Shown: piece by piece, positions 8,382-10,786 of the stretch
How the letters are laid out: each line of letters starts with the position of its first letter
Numbering within the stretch: position 1 is the first letter of the stretch
Source of the DNA: Balanoglossus misakiensis
Lineage: Eukaryota > Animalia > Hemichordata
Assembly (NCBI GenBank): GCA_040954595.2
Contig: CM082577.2
Span: 10,750,381-10,761,166 of the forward strand
Direction: 5' to 3'
Length of the DNA: 10,786 nucleotides
Translations under genes and position numbers: made by a program
The notes under the pieces: generated by a model
What the model was told of the DNA's origin: nothing
Seen by the model: only the letters and a program-made list of their open reading frames with translations
The model's database searches: none

Positions 8382-8726
8382 ATCTCTCCAACTAATCGCT
8401 TACAACGAACCAAGCCAAGTGGCGCCTTTAATCGAACCCACAACTAGCCAGCAGAGACTGACTCTCACGGATCAATTTCTGGCAGCGGTCTATTTCAATT
8501 TGGGTTTAAGTCTTAGACCATGGACAGCAAAATGAGAAACTAAGATATACGTAGATTCTGTTGTATTAAATGTTCATATTCTATGCATATTAATGTTCAT
8601 GATTGTGATTATAAGATATCGTTTAAAAGTGTAAGGCAAAATACTACGTTAGGTGTACAACATACCTGTATAGACATTCGAGCATAATTTACTTTATGAA
8701 ATGTATTTTAAAAGCTTAAACGTGCT

Positions 8727-10786
<2,060 letters not shown>

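Noticed and set aside
8400-8488. GC-richer minus-strand segment with an AG and a gtaagc donor
   Set aside because: All three frames contain a stop and the acceptor is weak; no evidence that it is coding.

Overview
Eukaryotic, AT-rich, intron-containing DNA. The (TTAGGG)n tract, L2-type LINE and Harbinger-type MITEs suggest a metazoan, probably an invertebrate; the species cannot be determined. The minus strand carries a spliced ROCO-family gene (Roc GTPase + COR). Five exons (5203-4990, 4488-4187, 3195-3093, 2635-2511, 2296-1049) have GT-AG boundaries, join in matching phases and give 664 uninterrupted codons with G1-G4 motifs, a likely G5 and COR. The N-terminus is not found here, and the 3' end breaks into uncertain small exons with no kinase visible. 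Upstream (higher coordinates) lie an 87-bp palindrome, two PIF/Harbinger-type MITEs with TAA target duplications (one containing (TTAGGG)6, one nested in a decayed L2 LINE), and a 440-500 bp-unit tandem array running off the window end. The most unusual observations are a ~745-nt AG-free (CT)n tract before an essential exon, phased 30-33 bp subterminal repeats in both MITEs, and a CAG|NNN|GTRAGT motif in each complete array unit. No prokaryote-type system (CRISPR, DGR) is supported.
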